Program-made: the position numbers and the translations under genes
Notes under the pieces: model-generated
What the model was told of the DNA's origin: nothing
Seen by the model: the letters and a program-made list of their open reading frames with translations, nothing else
Database searches by the model: none
Origin: the human T2T-CHM13v2.0 reference genome, Homo sapiens
Assembly: GCF_009914755.1 (NCBI RefSeq)
Contig: NC_060932.1
Strand: one strand, 5' to 3'
DNA: 64,000 bases
Shown: positions 1 to 12,920 of the stretch, one piece after another
Position numbering within the stretch: position 1 is the first letter of the stretch
How the letters are laid out: each line of letters opens with the position of its first letter

Positions 1-439
1 CTCACAGTCACATGAACGGACCACTGGCTTTGAAAGCTTCCCCTCTGAGCCCAGCATCAGCTCCCCAGGAAAGAACCACGGAGAACCAGGCCTCCTGCCT
101 GCCCCACCCACACACCTACCAGGCCTGGTCAGCCAGGACCACAGGCAATGCTTCACCTCAGCTTCCTGCATTTCCTCGTAATCCAAGAGGACAGGAAGGG
201 AAGGGAAGTACACAGGGTCTGTGTGTCCAGGCAGGGCAGGCTCCGCATTCAGGCTGCGCAGAGCACAGAGCACACCCCAGGAGTCCTCCCAGGCCACCTT
301 CACGGCCTCCCCCCCCCACTACCTTATGCCCTTGAGGGAGGAGTGTGAGGGATACTCATGTTTAAGACCCCCATGCCAGGAATACAAGCAATCTGTGATA
401 TTTCCAGAGTGTGGGCCAGGACACTGCTAACAGCTTCAG

Positions 440-590
440 GGGCTTCACTCATTTAATCCTTTTAATCATCAGGAGTCAGCGATTATCCTCGGACCCATTT
501 CAGACATGGGTAAACTAAGGCTAAGAGGTCTGGTGGCATGGCAAGGTCACGTGGATAAGTGACAGAGCAGGGTTTGAGCCCAGGTCCTCT
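440..590 (-). mobile_element. MIR SINE (representative; others at ~2790-2900, 3660-3840, 7090-7280, 20040-20250, 33710-33880, 38280-38500, 51980-52130, 55300-55460, 57900-58050, 60900-61080)
   Basis: MIR core ccatttcagacatgggtaaactaaggct...aaggtcac...gggtttgagcccaggtc. Confidence 0.7.
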
Positions 591-1709
591 GCCTGTGAGC
601 TGGGCACTCACCTATCTCAACACAGACCACACCGATGCATGGGCAAGATGTCTCATTCTGGAGAACCACCCTGACCTCCTCACCCTTCCCCTCCTCTATC
701 AAATGCCACTGCCTGCCCCACAGCTTACAGAGTAAAATCCACATCCATCATTTCACATCCCTGCTCTTCTAGGATCTGGCTTCTGCTGATTTTTCTGCCC
801 TTCCCTTTAGAGTTGCTCCCAGCCAAACACAAATTCTCATGGCTCAAGTCCATCTCCCACACTGCCCACCCCAGGGGGCGCTGTGACTCTTCTTTGGAAT
901 TCCTTTCCCACTCCCTCCCACCCCAATCCCTGGAGGTGCAAAGCCCATCTAGGTTCCCAGGCCCTATCACAGGTCACCTCCACCGTGAAGCTTTCCCTAA
1001 CTCATCCCAAGTCAGCAGTGTTCTCCCTCTTCCTTGCTTAAGGCAAGGAGTCACTTTTCTACTTGAATCAGAGAAGCAGCTTTTAAGCTTCTCCCAGGAG
1101 GTGCCCTCAGGCCCTGCTGGGGTGAGGTGAGAGGGCTGGTAACAGGGAGGGCCAAGTGAACTCTGCCCTCTTCAACAGGGTGGCTACTCTTTTATTTGCT
1201 TCTAAACCTGCATCAGATTTCATTGCAAGAAAGGGTTCTCGGAGGAAACAAACCTTGACCTCAGGGTGTCAGATGTGAAGATGTCAAGACACCCCAGGGC
1301 CAGGCTGGGTGTATCAGGACTCAAGTCAATGCCCCCACAATGCTGTGCACAGAGCAGGAGTTCCAAACATATGGCATCTATGTTGAGCACCCAGACTAGA
1401 AACCTTGGTCACATAGTCCTGTGTTATGACACCTCTGATGGTCATTGCATTGTTCCTCCCAAATACACAGTGGACAAGAGGGCACTGCCACTTCTTGGCT
1501 GGCAGCAAATCAAATGCTGGGTGCCAGGAAATGGAAGGTGAGATCATTAACGTCAAAAGGTTTCCAAAGCAAACCTAAATGCAGAGGAAAGAGCACCATC
1601 TGCATTTTAAGGGCCTGGGTTTGGATGGGGTCCTTCTGGGTGGGCCCCAAATCCAAGATTTCAACTTGGGAAGGGGAAATGTAAGCCATCCCGCCTGAAG
1701 AACCAAAGC

Positions 1710-2404
1710 ATTCAGACAGGAACTGTTTTTATTCCAACCACCTCACCTCCTTAGAATGGGAGGCGAACAGTGAAATAGTGCATTTATCTTAAAAGTGAAA
1801 TAATTCCAGGATGGTAGGGCGAGACCCTGTGATGGGTGAATTTACCTCACTTGATACCAAGGGCCCTTAATACTCGGGGAAGTGGGACTTTGTCGACAAA
1901 GCCAGGACAATCCCCCTACCCCCACCCCACCCAGCAGTGATTAAAAACCCGTACGGTCACTTTCTATGTGATGGCTGTCTCCCTCTCACCAGACTGCATA
2001 GCGGTTGCAGATGAACATTTGGCACCTAGATGGGGGTCAAGGAGCTGGGGCTGTGATTCAGGGAAGATGCTGAGGGGGACTGGGAGTCTCTGTTTGAATC
2101 TTGAAGCAAGGGGTGAAGGTGTGGGGTGTGTGTAGGGGAGCTGACACTGAAGTCTTTCAGGAAGCAGATGGTAAGGGTCAGGGGGTGTGTGTCTATGCTG
2201 GGGTGAGGGTCCTGTGGTGTTGCTGGTGATGCTGACTGCCTTGCCCACCCCAAGTTGGACTAGGAGAGTCCTATCAGGCTGCTGGGCAGGGAGGGCAAAG
2301 GAGAGCACCATTCTGCGGGTAGGGCAGGAAGGGTGGCCTCCCCACCCTGGGTGCCTGCAGAGCCTGGCAGCCCCGCCCTGTGGCCATCCGATGCCACATG
2401 TCCT
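1710..2404 (-). other. ZFAT: ZFAT 3'UTR (cleavage site approximate)
   Basis: Lies between the stop codon and the first AATAAA. The end is inferred ~15-20 nt past the hexamer. Confidence 0.8.
1728..1733 (-). terminator. Polyadenylation signal AATAAA of ZFAT
   Basis: Plus-strand tttatt; followed on the minus strand by a U/GU-rich stretch (tgctttggttctt). Confidence 0.8.
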
Positions 2405-2644
2405 CTAGAGTTCCTGGGCCGGCTGCTCCACAGCCTGCTCCTCCACAGGCTGCATGGCCTCCTGCACGTAGACGATGAACTCCGAGGCCTCCCCGCCCTG
2501 CGTGTAGACAGTCACCGTCTCAATGCCCTCCACGTCGTCGGAGGACACCACCAGGTGGTGCTGCTCGGCAAGCTCCACGGACGCTTGCTGGACCGTCTCC
2601 TGGATCATGACCGTGTGGTTGGAGCTGGGCTCCTCCTCGGTGAC
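2405..2644 (-). CDS. ZFAT: ZFAT terminal exon, coding part (79 aa + TAG) VTEEEPSSNHTVMIQETVQQ...EQPAQEL*
   Basis: Acceptor ccctcctcccgcag|GTC, stop TAG at 2405-2407. Acidic tail that includes track ORF 2405..2608. Confidence 0.95.
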   Translation of the reverse strand, partial: VTEEEPSSNHTVMIQETVQQASVELAEQHHLVVSSDDVEGIETVTVYTQGGEASEFIVYVQEAMQPVEEQAVEQPAQEL

Positions 2645-3873
2645 CTGCGGGAGGAGGGCAAGAGAAAGGTCACCCAGCGCCTACTTCCCGGTCCAGCGTA
2701 ACAACAAAGTCACAACTACAGTTTAGGAGGCACCAGTGCGCTGCGGGAGCACGTCCATTCTCCACGGATCCTCTCTACCAGGCTGTGCTTGCTCTCATGC
2801 CCATTTTACAGCTGAACAGAATGAGGTTCAGCAATGTAGGGCAACGTGGTCAGGGTCCCCAGCCGTGGCAAATGGTGGAACCTAAGTTCAAACCCAGAGT
2901 CCGAGGTTGTTTCTGATGCCGAGCTGCTTCCCGGGGCTTCCAGGAGGTGTGGGGTTACCTAGAGAATGAGGGCTGGAAGGCATGGTGGGGGTTAGTTACT
3001 GCAGGTGTCAGTGGTAGGGGTTGGCGGTGCTCCTGGAAATTTATAGCTGGTCCACCTGGCAGTGATAAAGGCACTACGTCTATCCTGGGCTCTCTGTGTT
3101 TCCACACTCAGGGAGCTTGCCTCTGTGTGAAGATCTGTATCACACTAGGAAGGAGCAGACGCCTGGCAGGCCTGATTTTCCCCAGGTGTCGTCCGTCCAG
3201 CAACACTAATGCCTTAACTATTTGGGGGAAGGCCTGCTGGTGGAAACTCACTGCCACAGGGCTGGACAGGAGAGCCTTCTGGGTATCCGTCAGGGGATGG
3301 GACCTCATGGATTCTATGGCCAGGCCTTTCTCTGAAGCTCCAAGCTGCCAGATTCCAGGCAAGACCAAATGCCAGCTGGTGCTAATATCCCACATCCCTC
3401 ATGCTGCCAGCTCTGGGCTGTTTTTAAATAACAACTGTCTTTGATCTTGAGATGAGAAACAAAAGACATGGAGTTGAGACCTTAGAGCTGCAAAAATGAG
3501 TGAAGGATTAGAAAACAGGCACAAGAGGAAAGCAAAGGGGCCTGGAATTATCTAGCTGGAGGATAAGAGAGTCTTCAGACTTACAGAGGGGTGTCAGGGA
3601 CACCCATTCATTTCCAGGTGAGTCTGAATGGCAAGGTGGGGAGAGCACATGCTTTGTCCTGCACTGACCAGGCTTTGAGCATCAATTCCACCATTTATAA
3701 GCTACGAGGCCTGGGCAAGACACTTTTGCCCACAACCTTCAGTCTATTCATCTGTAAAACAGGGACTAAAATGTGTTCTTCAGAGGATTCGTGGGAGAAT
3801 GGAAGGAGATTCTATATGCAAAGTGGGTGCTCAATAACAGTACTGACCTTTTAATCCCTTCATTCAACCACAC

Positions 3874-4290
<417 letters not shown>

Positions 4291-7200
4291 TAGACTGCAA
4301 GCTCCACAAGGGCAGGACCATGTCTGCCTGGTCACAACTGTTTCCCCAGAGCCAAGCTGAATGCCTGGCACACAGCATGTGCTCAATATTTACTGACTGA
4401 TGATCCACTAGGTGTCAGATGCCACGCTGTGCACTAGAAAACCACAGTCCTCTGAGGAAGCCGAGTCTCATGTTGCAGGCACAGGGCACAGTGAATGACT
4501 GTGCTGTGGAGTAGCTGGGCTCTTGCAGGGGCAGCCTATGCCAGTTGGGGTCCCAGGAGAGGCATAGAGATGGGCATAGGGACTGGGGAGCCATGACTCC
4601 CAGGAGGTGTAGGGAGCAGCAAGTGTGTTCGGGCAGCCTCCATGAGGTCCCACTCACGACATGTCCGGGTCCTTTCCTGGCCTGCAAATTGGCATTGGGT
4701 GGCCTTCTACTCCCCACCTCTTCTGACTCTGCACTCTCTCTGGGGACGGCCCAACTGGCTTGGAGGGTCTCATCCTGACCCTGTGATTATTCCAGTCTCC
4801 ATGAGTGAGAAGGGCTGTGTCAAAAGGTGGGTCATGTTTAATTCAGAGAGAAAAATGGAAAAGGTTCCTCTGGGGTGAGCTCCGGAGGTTCCAAAATTAT
4901 GGATTGGAAGGAACTTTTGATTTGGACTGATAGAATTCACCCGGAGCTGGAGAGCTATTCTGAGTGGAAACTATCAATACATTTAGACTGATTTGTTTTT
5001 TTAGAGTGAACTGAGATCTGTTTTTTCATCTTTTCCTATTTGTTTCAATTTCATTTAACTGGGAAAATGTACCATGAACCAGGATTTTAGAAGTAAATAT
5101 TAATTTATTTCACTTTGCAAGAGAGAACCTGACAGAAGACTGGGAAAGGGAAGGCAACATGCAGCTAATCTTTTCTCCTCTTACCTGTCAGTAAATGCCA
5201 CACAAAGGAAAGGGTGAGGGGATGGGGATGGTTTACTCCCAGGTCCCCAGGGCTTCACATGTGCAAACAAGCCCTCCACACTTCAGGTAAACAGACCACA
5301 CACAATACAGGGAGACAAACCCATCCATGAGCTTTAACACAGGCTCTGGGTCATGGCACCATTCTGTGGACATAGTGACTGCCACCGAAGCGAACCCTAA
5401 AGAGGACAGTGACTCCTTCACTGATGGAAATTTTCCACTGGCTAAAAACTCCCACCCTTTAAAAACACTAACACCACAATGCCCAAGTATGGACAGTGGC
5501 TGAAATCACTGCCAAGGACAAGGAGAACCACGCCAGGACCAGGCCTTTTAGGGGCAGCGGCTGCAGCCTCCTGTCCCCTGGCAGCACAGGGGACAGACTC
5601 CAAGTTCTCAGAACCAGCCAGGAGGAAGCAGGAGTCCCTCGCTGGCCTGGAAATGGCTGCTGCCCATAGACGCCGCAGAGGAGGCCAGCGTGCCTGACCT
5701 GAAGGTAAACGATGTGTTAGTAACTCTGCAGCAGCAGCGCCTGGGACCACTTCTTGGAAGGTGGCATTGGCCACAGAGGGTCTGTGGTGGGAAAGGACAT
5801 CACAGGCGAGAGAAGAGAGTGAGCAAAGAACAGGCGTGTGCCCTACAGCCCGACCAAGGCCACCGGCCACCTCCCAGTCACCAAACCCACTGGGCAGAGT
5901 CCCATTTTCACTCTTCCAGAGCGTTCTCTACCATCCGGCATGAGACGCTCTTCACTGCTTTCACCACTCTCCTCCCCAGCACTGGGCTCTGTTCCGCGCC
6001 CTCTCCCAGACTGCAGGGTGGCTCACTGCTCTTCTCCTTCTGCCCATCACTAAGCCTGGAGGATTCCTGGGTCTCCCACCTTGACTTCTTCTCTGACCCC
6101 CCGGGCACTTTTACTCCCGGCTGAGCCAGACTCCAGCCACCACTCCTGAGCTCCAGATCATACCTCCGTCTGCAAGTGGGAGGCGTTTAGGGATGTCTGT
6201 CAAACAGTGCATGAACAGGGCTGTGCAAAAGTCACAGGAGAGAAGGCATTTGGGGCAGAAGCAGCAGATGAGGCCTGAAACGAAGTTCGCAGGCGGATCT
6301 TGAAAAGCCTTGGTCATCAGCTGACAGATTGAGCCTTTATTTTACAAAGGAAGGCACAAAAGGTTTTCAAAGAAAGGCCCTGCGTCATCCAATCTGTGAC
6401 ATTTATGAATCAAAACTTGCCTAACATGAGAAGCCCTCCTGAGAAGTATGCCTCTCTCATTAGTCCTCTAAATATTTATTTATTTGCCCACAGTATCTTT
6501 TCTAAGTATTAAATCTATTTAAAGATAACCTTTCTCCATTTATTTTGTTTTGCTTTTTCAATTTTTAGCCTCCAGGGTTTGTCCAACAGAATCCCCATGA
6601 AATTCATCCACTGCTAATTATCAGAGTACAAAAAAGTTTTCCAATGTCATTCTTTGGGCTTAATTCACCAGAAAAAGCGATGGAGGCAATGGTGATGTGT
6701 ATTTCCCAAGTCCTGCGAAGAGCAGGCTTCCTGGTGTGCACAAATGTGACAGGGAGGCACGCTGTTGCCCTGTCGTGTTACTGAGCGTCCAAGACACGCA
6801 GGGTTCCTGAAGGTCCCCTGCAGCCTCCTGTTGGGCCTCCTTTACACTCTCCCCAGTGTTCACAAGTGGCTCTGCTGGCCCTGCAGACGCTGCCCACACA
6901 GATGTCCACGTCACAAAAAGCTAACGTGTAGAGAGGACGAAGGAGGGAGAGTGGGTTGCTTTACAGAAGGGGTTCATAGGGCTTTCTGCAGAGTGCACCC
7001 CCTTTGTGCATTTCATGGTATATGATCACACTCTGTTTGCTTTTATGCAGTTTTTACAAACCATGCACCTCCTTCCTTGCTCCCACGGCACCCAATATCC
7101 ACCCAGCCATTTGCAGTTTACTGAACATTCTCCCATGCCTTGTCCTGATTCTTTACACACAATGTCTTATGCCTTGGGCATTTGTGTTCCCATTTTACAA

Positions 7201-8721
7201 ATGGGGACACTGAAGCTCCTCCTGGCCTCGTGACTTATGTAAGGTCAAAAAGCCAGAAAGTAGCAAAAGCTGGAACTTAGTCTGGGTGGTTCAGAGACCT
7301 CCTTCAGCTGGTGTAGTGTGACAGCCACTATCAGGATCCCATGTTATGGGTTGATATGATTAAATTATCACTCTTTACTCCTCCTGATTAGTCTCAGGCT
7401 GGCTGTAGAACTCTCAACCACTCTCTTTGTTCAAAATAATCACTCTAGTCGCTTAATCTATTAGCACAGGCTTAAAATTGTTCTTCACCACAGAAATAAT
7501 ATGGCGCTCACAGTGTCATTATCCCCTGAGATGAGTACTCCATTTTCCCCAAATGCCGTATCTAACACATCTATCAGAGAAATTAGCAGCAGCATAGATA
7601 GCTCGATAGAAACCCTTAACCCCTGGGACGCAGAAATCATTCACTGAATCAGGCACCGTGTTCTGCTGTTCCGCTGTCTCCAGTGTTCTGGAGTCTGGAC
7701 AAGATCACTGTCAGGACCGGCACTTTGCTGGGCTCTCTTCGTGCTAAAAGGCAGCTTCCCCTTGAGACCCCATGTCTTCCTTGGCTTTAACCCATCGTCA
7801 TCCATTCATCCAGCAAACGCTGATGGATCCTCTGCGGTGCGCCAGGCAGTGGCTACGGCTCTGGCTGCCTCATTGTCTCACTTTCTTCCTACTCCCCTGC
7901 CTGTTCTGCCTTCTCCTTCTCCTCTAGCTCCTCTCCTCACTTCCTTCGTAAAACCCATTCCTCTCAGGTTAAGCTTTCTTCCCCCAACATTTAAGAAAAT
8001 CCCAGAAGTTCCTCTAGCTCAGGACACCCTCCTTAAGGAAGGTGGGTCCTGCATTGCTCCCACAGGGCTCCAAGGGTGCCCCGAGGAGCCAGTGCACAAA
8101 GGCTATTACAATCCACCTCTGCACAGATCTCCCCAGAAGCAAGCACAGCACCGGCTCCTCTGTGCCCAGTCCAGTGCCACGCTCTTGGTAGGCACATAGT
8201 AGGTGATGGTGATTTAGGCTGGTGCAAAAGTAACTGCAGTTTTTGTACCAACCTATAGCTGTAGAACTGCCCACATGTAGAACCTGTAAGTGATGATAAA
8301 GAGAACCATCTGGAGCAGCCATGGACTCCAGGGCCAGCTGCTGCCTGCCCTTGGTTCAAACTCTGTCTGGCAGGAGCCCCCCAGATGATCTGAAAGTAGG
8401 GAAGACGGTGCATTGTCTATGGAGGAGAGTCCCTTTTGGCTCCAAAAGTCCCAAAGGTCCAATCACCTTATTCTATGGAAGGGAAGTCAAGGCTCAGAGA
8501 AAATAAACTACCCAGGGCCACACTGCTGGAAATAGAGCACAGATTTTTTGACTTCTAGTCTGCAAAATTCCCCAGTCTGCATGAGGCAACTTCACACCAA
8601 GCCACACAGCACTTTGGTTACTGGGAGAACAGAGCCAGAATGTCTAGCATGGCACCTGGGCAGGGGCGAACGCCAAGTAGATTTTCCCCGGAATAACAAT
8701 ATTATTTATAATAGTTGTAGT

Positions 8722-8858
8722 GATTATTATTATTTTGAGACAAGGTCTCACCCTGTCACCCAGGCTGGAGTACAGTGATGCAATCACAGCTCACTGCAGC
8801 CTCAAACTCCTGGACTCAAGAGTTCCTCCCGCCTCAGCTTCCAGAGTAGCTGGGACCA
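8722..8858 (-). mobile_element. Alu right-arm fragment (AluJ/FRAM-like)
   Basis: ttttgagacaaggtctcaccctgtcacccaggctggag...gtagctgggacca. Confidence 0.85.
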
Positions 8859-10784
8859 TCCTTGGATGAACAAAGAAAGCAGTAAACACACAATGATGAT
8901 GATGATGGAGACATCATCATCAGGACAGATCTAGGGCTCTGAGATTACAATCTGGAATGATAAGAAGTGCTTGTTGTGGGTCAGGTGCTGTGTGAAGAGT
9001 CTACGTGTATTAGGTACTTAGTCTTCACGGCACCCTAAGAAGTCTTAGTGTCCTAGCTTTAGAGGAGAGGCAGACTCAGGGGAGGATGACAAGCTGCCCT
9101 GGGGGGCTCTGCCCACCCACTGGGTCCTGGGGAGTTATGTAGTTGCTTTCCCCCTGCTCCGCCTGGCCTCTGAGCCTGATGGTCCCAGCAGCCAGGCCAC
9201 TGTGCACAGCTGTGGGCTTGGCCAAGCAGGAGGCTGCAGTGTCAGGGTCCACACAGTCTTCTTGATTTTCCCATTGGCCTCCTGCATTTGACCCCAGCAC
9301 AGTCTTTTTTCATTCCTCTCTTTCCTCTCTAATGAGAAGACACTGATGGACTCCTCTGTCAAAGTACCCTCTGCCTGGGAAACATGTTCTCAAAAATGCC
9401 CGGAGGCTGGCTGAAGCAGGAAAGACAACCCCTCCTCATCTGACACACGTTTTCTGGAATCCTTGACACTGATGGGGAGGTGTCTTGCCAAACAGGAAGA
9501 CTGTGGGGAAGGCAGTGGCCCGTGGGGACACTTGACCTTAGTGTATAACCTGGCCCACAGCCTCTGAAACCCAACTCCCTAACATAGGTCTTTCTGTGTC
9601 AGAGGCTGCACCAACACCCCTCCCCAGGACATTGAAACAGCCCCAGGACACATTCAAGGACATCAAAATATGACAAAGACTCATTAAGAGGAGAGAGAGC
9701 TGAATCTTATGGCTGAATCCCACAGAGGTAGCAACAAGAAAGGGAAAATGTTCTTACTAGCTGGGTATTTAAAGTAACAATTGTTTAAACTGCTGCTGGA
9801 ATACGATAAACACCACAAATTCGCATCACAGCTTTCAAAACAGGGTGCGAAGAACCTCCTGGTGCCCGAGTTCCCCACATGCCTGTGCAGAGGGCTGGGG
9901 CCGCCTTCCTGTTCAGTCCTGACAGGGGATTGGAATTTCTAGGGTTTCATCAGACCACGCAGAACCTACCAAATTATTTGAACTTAGCTCTCAACACATA
10001 AATAAGTGATGAATAAAGGAATTTAAAATAAAACCCGTTGGCCCTAAAATGAAAAACCAGAATGACAGTGGGATGGCATCAGTTAACCCCTTACTGGGTT
10101 TGCATCCCTTTGAAACAAAGCTGCCGCCAACGCAGCTGCCTTTAGATGCTGCCCACATTCCCAGTGCCCTCCCGCAAGCCTGTGCCCTCCGTCAGGCACT
10201 GGGAGGAAGATGAACTGCCTTCACTTCGGGAATTCCAGCTGGGTGGTCTCTTTAGGACAGGAATCATCCTTTATGTTTTTCAGGGGAAAGAAACTCCACC
10301 GACACCTCTGTCACCGTCGCCACCACCACCAAGAGGTCATTTCGCTTCGGGCATCCTTCATGTTTCAAATCCATTTTTAAATAAATTGAATCAGGTTCCT
10401 ATTTATTAAACCATGTCTTGGAGAACAGCCCTCTCGTAGATGTCATTAATGTCCTTGAAAGGGAAGGCACCCGGGGTTGTGGCTCAGGAAATGAACAGAG
10501 AAGCCACTCTTTCTTCTCCTCTTGTTGGCACTCCTGTTGTTCTCAGGATCAGTTCTCAGAACCTGCTGGGAGGCAGCCCCAGATCCAGATCCAGCCTTCC
10601 GTGTTTCAGGGGAGGAGGACGGAATGCAGAAAGCCACCAGGAGAACAGAGCCACTGTCAAGATCATCACCACAGAGAATGTAGTGAGCACCACGATGAGC
10701 AGGACTTGATGAGATCAGGCATGGGAGAGGCAATGATGCAAAGACAGGAGCCAATCGAAGGCTAGATGCAGGCAGTGTGCATAG

Positions 10785-11105
10785 GGGTGAGGGGCGTGTG
10801 TGAGGGTTTGCTATGTACACGTGCATGCCTGTGTGCAGGAACATGGGTGTGCATGTGTGTATATGTGTGTTCATGTGTATATCTGTATGTACAGGTGTGT
10901 GTCCATGTGTGTATATGTACATATGCATGTATATGGGTCTGTATGTGTCCATATATTTGCATATGTCTACGTGGATATCCATGCTTATGTGGAGGTTTAT
11001 GGGTGTGTGTGTACATGAATATTGTGCACATACATGGATGTGATATGTGTGTATACATGTACGCAGGTATGGGCATGGCTTTGTGTCCATTGCTACACTT
11101 GTGTA
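10785..11105. repeat. Degenerate (TG/TA)n purine-pyrimidine low-complexity tract
   Basis: About 320 nt of gtgt/atat/gcat alternation; explains the C/V/Y/M and H/T ORFs. Confidence 0.9.
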
Positions 11106-12842
11106 TCTCCATCTTTAAATCTCAACAAAGGCCTGCAGGTAAAAGACATCTCTCCTGGCTCATGCTTCCTTTCCTTCTTTCTCTTCTGTAGCCTGTGACA
11201 CTACTTGCCCCCTGGTTTACAGTCACTTCTCATAATGACCTGAAAAGGTAGGCCCCTCCCAGTTTACAGAGTGTTTGTGGATGCTATACCTCCTGTAATT
11301 CTCATGGGGCCCTGTGAGGAAGGCAGGGTGAGGGGATTCCCATCGCATCCCTTTGAGAAGGGGTGGCTCAGAGAGTCGATGTGAGCCCTCAGCTAGTAAC
11401 AGGTGATTCTGGAATTTGAAGCCAAGTGAAAAACCTCCAAAGCCCACAGCCTTCTCTATAATATTCACGGCTTCCTGTAACCTTCAAAAGAAAAGCCAAG
11501 CTCCCCTGTTGGACAGGCAAGGCCCTCCCTGCCTCACTCCTTCCCCCACACTCAATTTTGGTTCCTGAACACACATGCCCTCTCGCCTCTGAACTTCCAG
11601 CTGTGCTGGTCCACCATCTTTTCCCAAAGATCCCTTCTTGCCCTTGAGAACTCACGTCCATGCCCTCTCCTCCAGGAAGCTCCGTCAGTGCCCCCTACAA
11701 CGCTGTGCTGACTCCTGTTAAACACCAGCAGCACTGGATCCCAGCTAGCACTTCATGCCGCTCTGAGGAGGTGCAACCTGTGTCATGCTCTCCCTCGCCT
11801 TCCTGGCACAAAGGTGAACAGTGAATGCTGCTTCTCGAATGAATCACTGGGATAAAGAGTGCAGAGTGGAAGTCTTGCTCAAATCACCACCAGATGAGGC
11901 ACAGCTGAAGAGGAGGGAAGACGCCCCACCAGGACTTGACCTCCGTACTGAGCAACCACAGGAATAAGAGAGAGTTAGAGAGCGAATGAATGCAGCAAGC
12001 CCCAAGTAGGGTAGCTCAGGCACTGCGGTTCCAGGGGGACGTCTAGGGAAGAGTGGAGGTCTGACTTCAGGAGGCACCTCACGGCCCAGATGCTACTCAG
12101 TGGGGCCTTCATACAGGTAAACGGCACCCCCATGCTGGGCATTCGGCGGCCCTTTGCTAATGAAGTTGGCAGATAGGCAGGTTGGTGCAAGTTTGCTGGG
12201 GCTGGAAGTGACTGAGAAAGCAGAAGATGGATAGAAAACAAGGCTAACATGGGGAACAGGTGTGAAAGGCCAGTGCTTGTGCTGAGCTGCTAGACTGGAA
12301 AGCTGTCACTCTCCTTGGGTGGAGTTAGGAACGTGAAGTTACATAACATCAGCACCTGATTTGCAAGACAAATCGAGGTGGCCTCTGTGTTTAGACACCG
12401 CTAAGAGATGGGCCATTTGTTGAATAAGCCATCTCTGAAAGCCACCCACTCTCTGCTTTGGAGTGTCACATCTCTCATGTGTTCAATTCCCACATATACT
12501 TCAGACAACTTCTGGGCCCTCTCTTCTGTCCACTGAGAATTTAGCATGTGTCAGATGCTCTGGTGGAGGCTAGAAACAGAACCATGAGGCCAGATGCAGT
12601 CCCTGCCACCAACAGGCTGCAGTTCAGGGAAGAAAAGGACAGGGGGCTTGTCCTGGGTTGTCAGGGTCGGGGGAAGGTGGGGTGGGAAGCAGCTGGTGGC
12701 CAGGGATGCTTTCCTGAAGATGATGACACTGGTCTGTAACACTGTGGGATTCCTACGAGTCTGAAGAATGGGAGGAGGTGTAAAGAGATGGGGAAAAGCA
12801 CCGGGCAGAGCAAAGGGTGTAGCAACAGCCCAAGGGCTGGAC

Positions 12843-12920
12843 AGATGCAATGAGATTCAGTATATCCAGAGCACAGAACAAGATGCAATGAGATTCAGTA
12901 GAGCCAGAGCACAGAACAAG
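12843..12920. repeat. 2 x 38-bp tandem duplication
   Basis: agatgcaatgagattcagta(t/g)a(t/g)ccagagcacagaaca at 12843 and 12881. Confidence 0.9.

Noticed and set aside
2333-2701. 122-aa plus-strand ORF
   Set aside because: Antisense shadow of the GC-rich ZFAT last exon.
10446-11191. Several 70-214-aa ORFs rich in H/T/Y or C/V/M
   Set aside because: Translations of the (TG/TA)n low-complexity tract.
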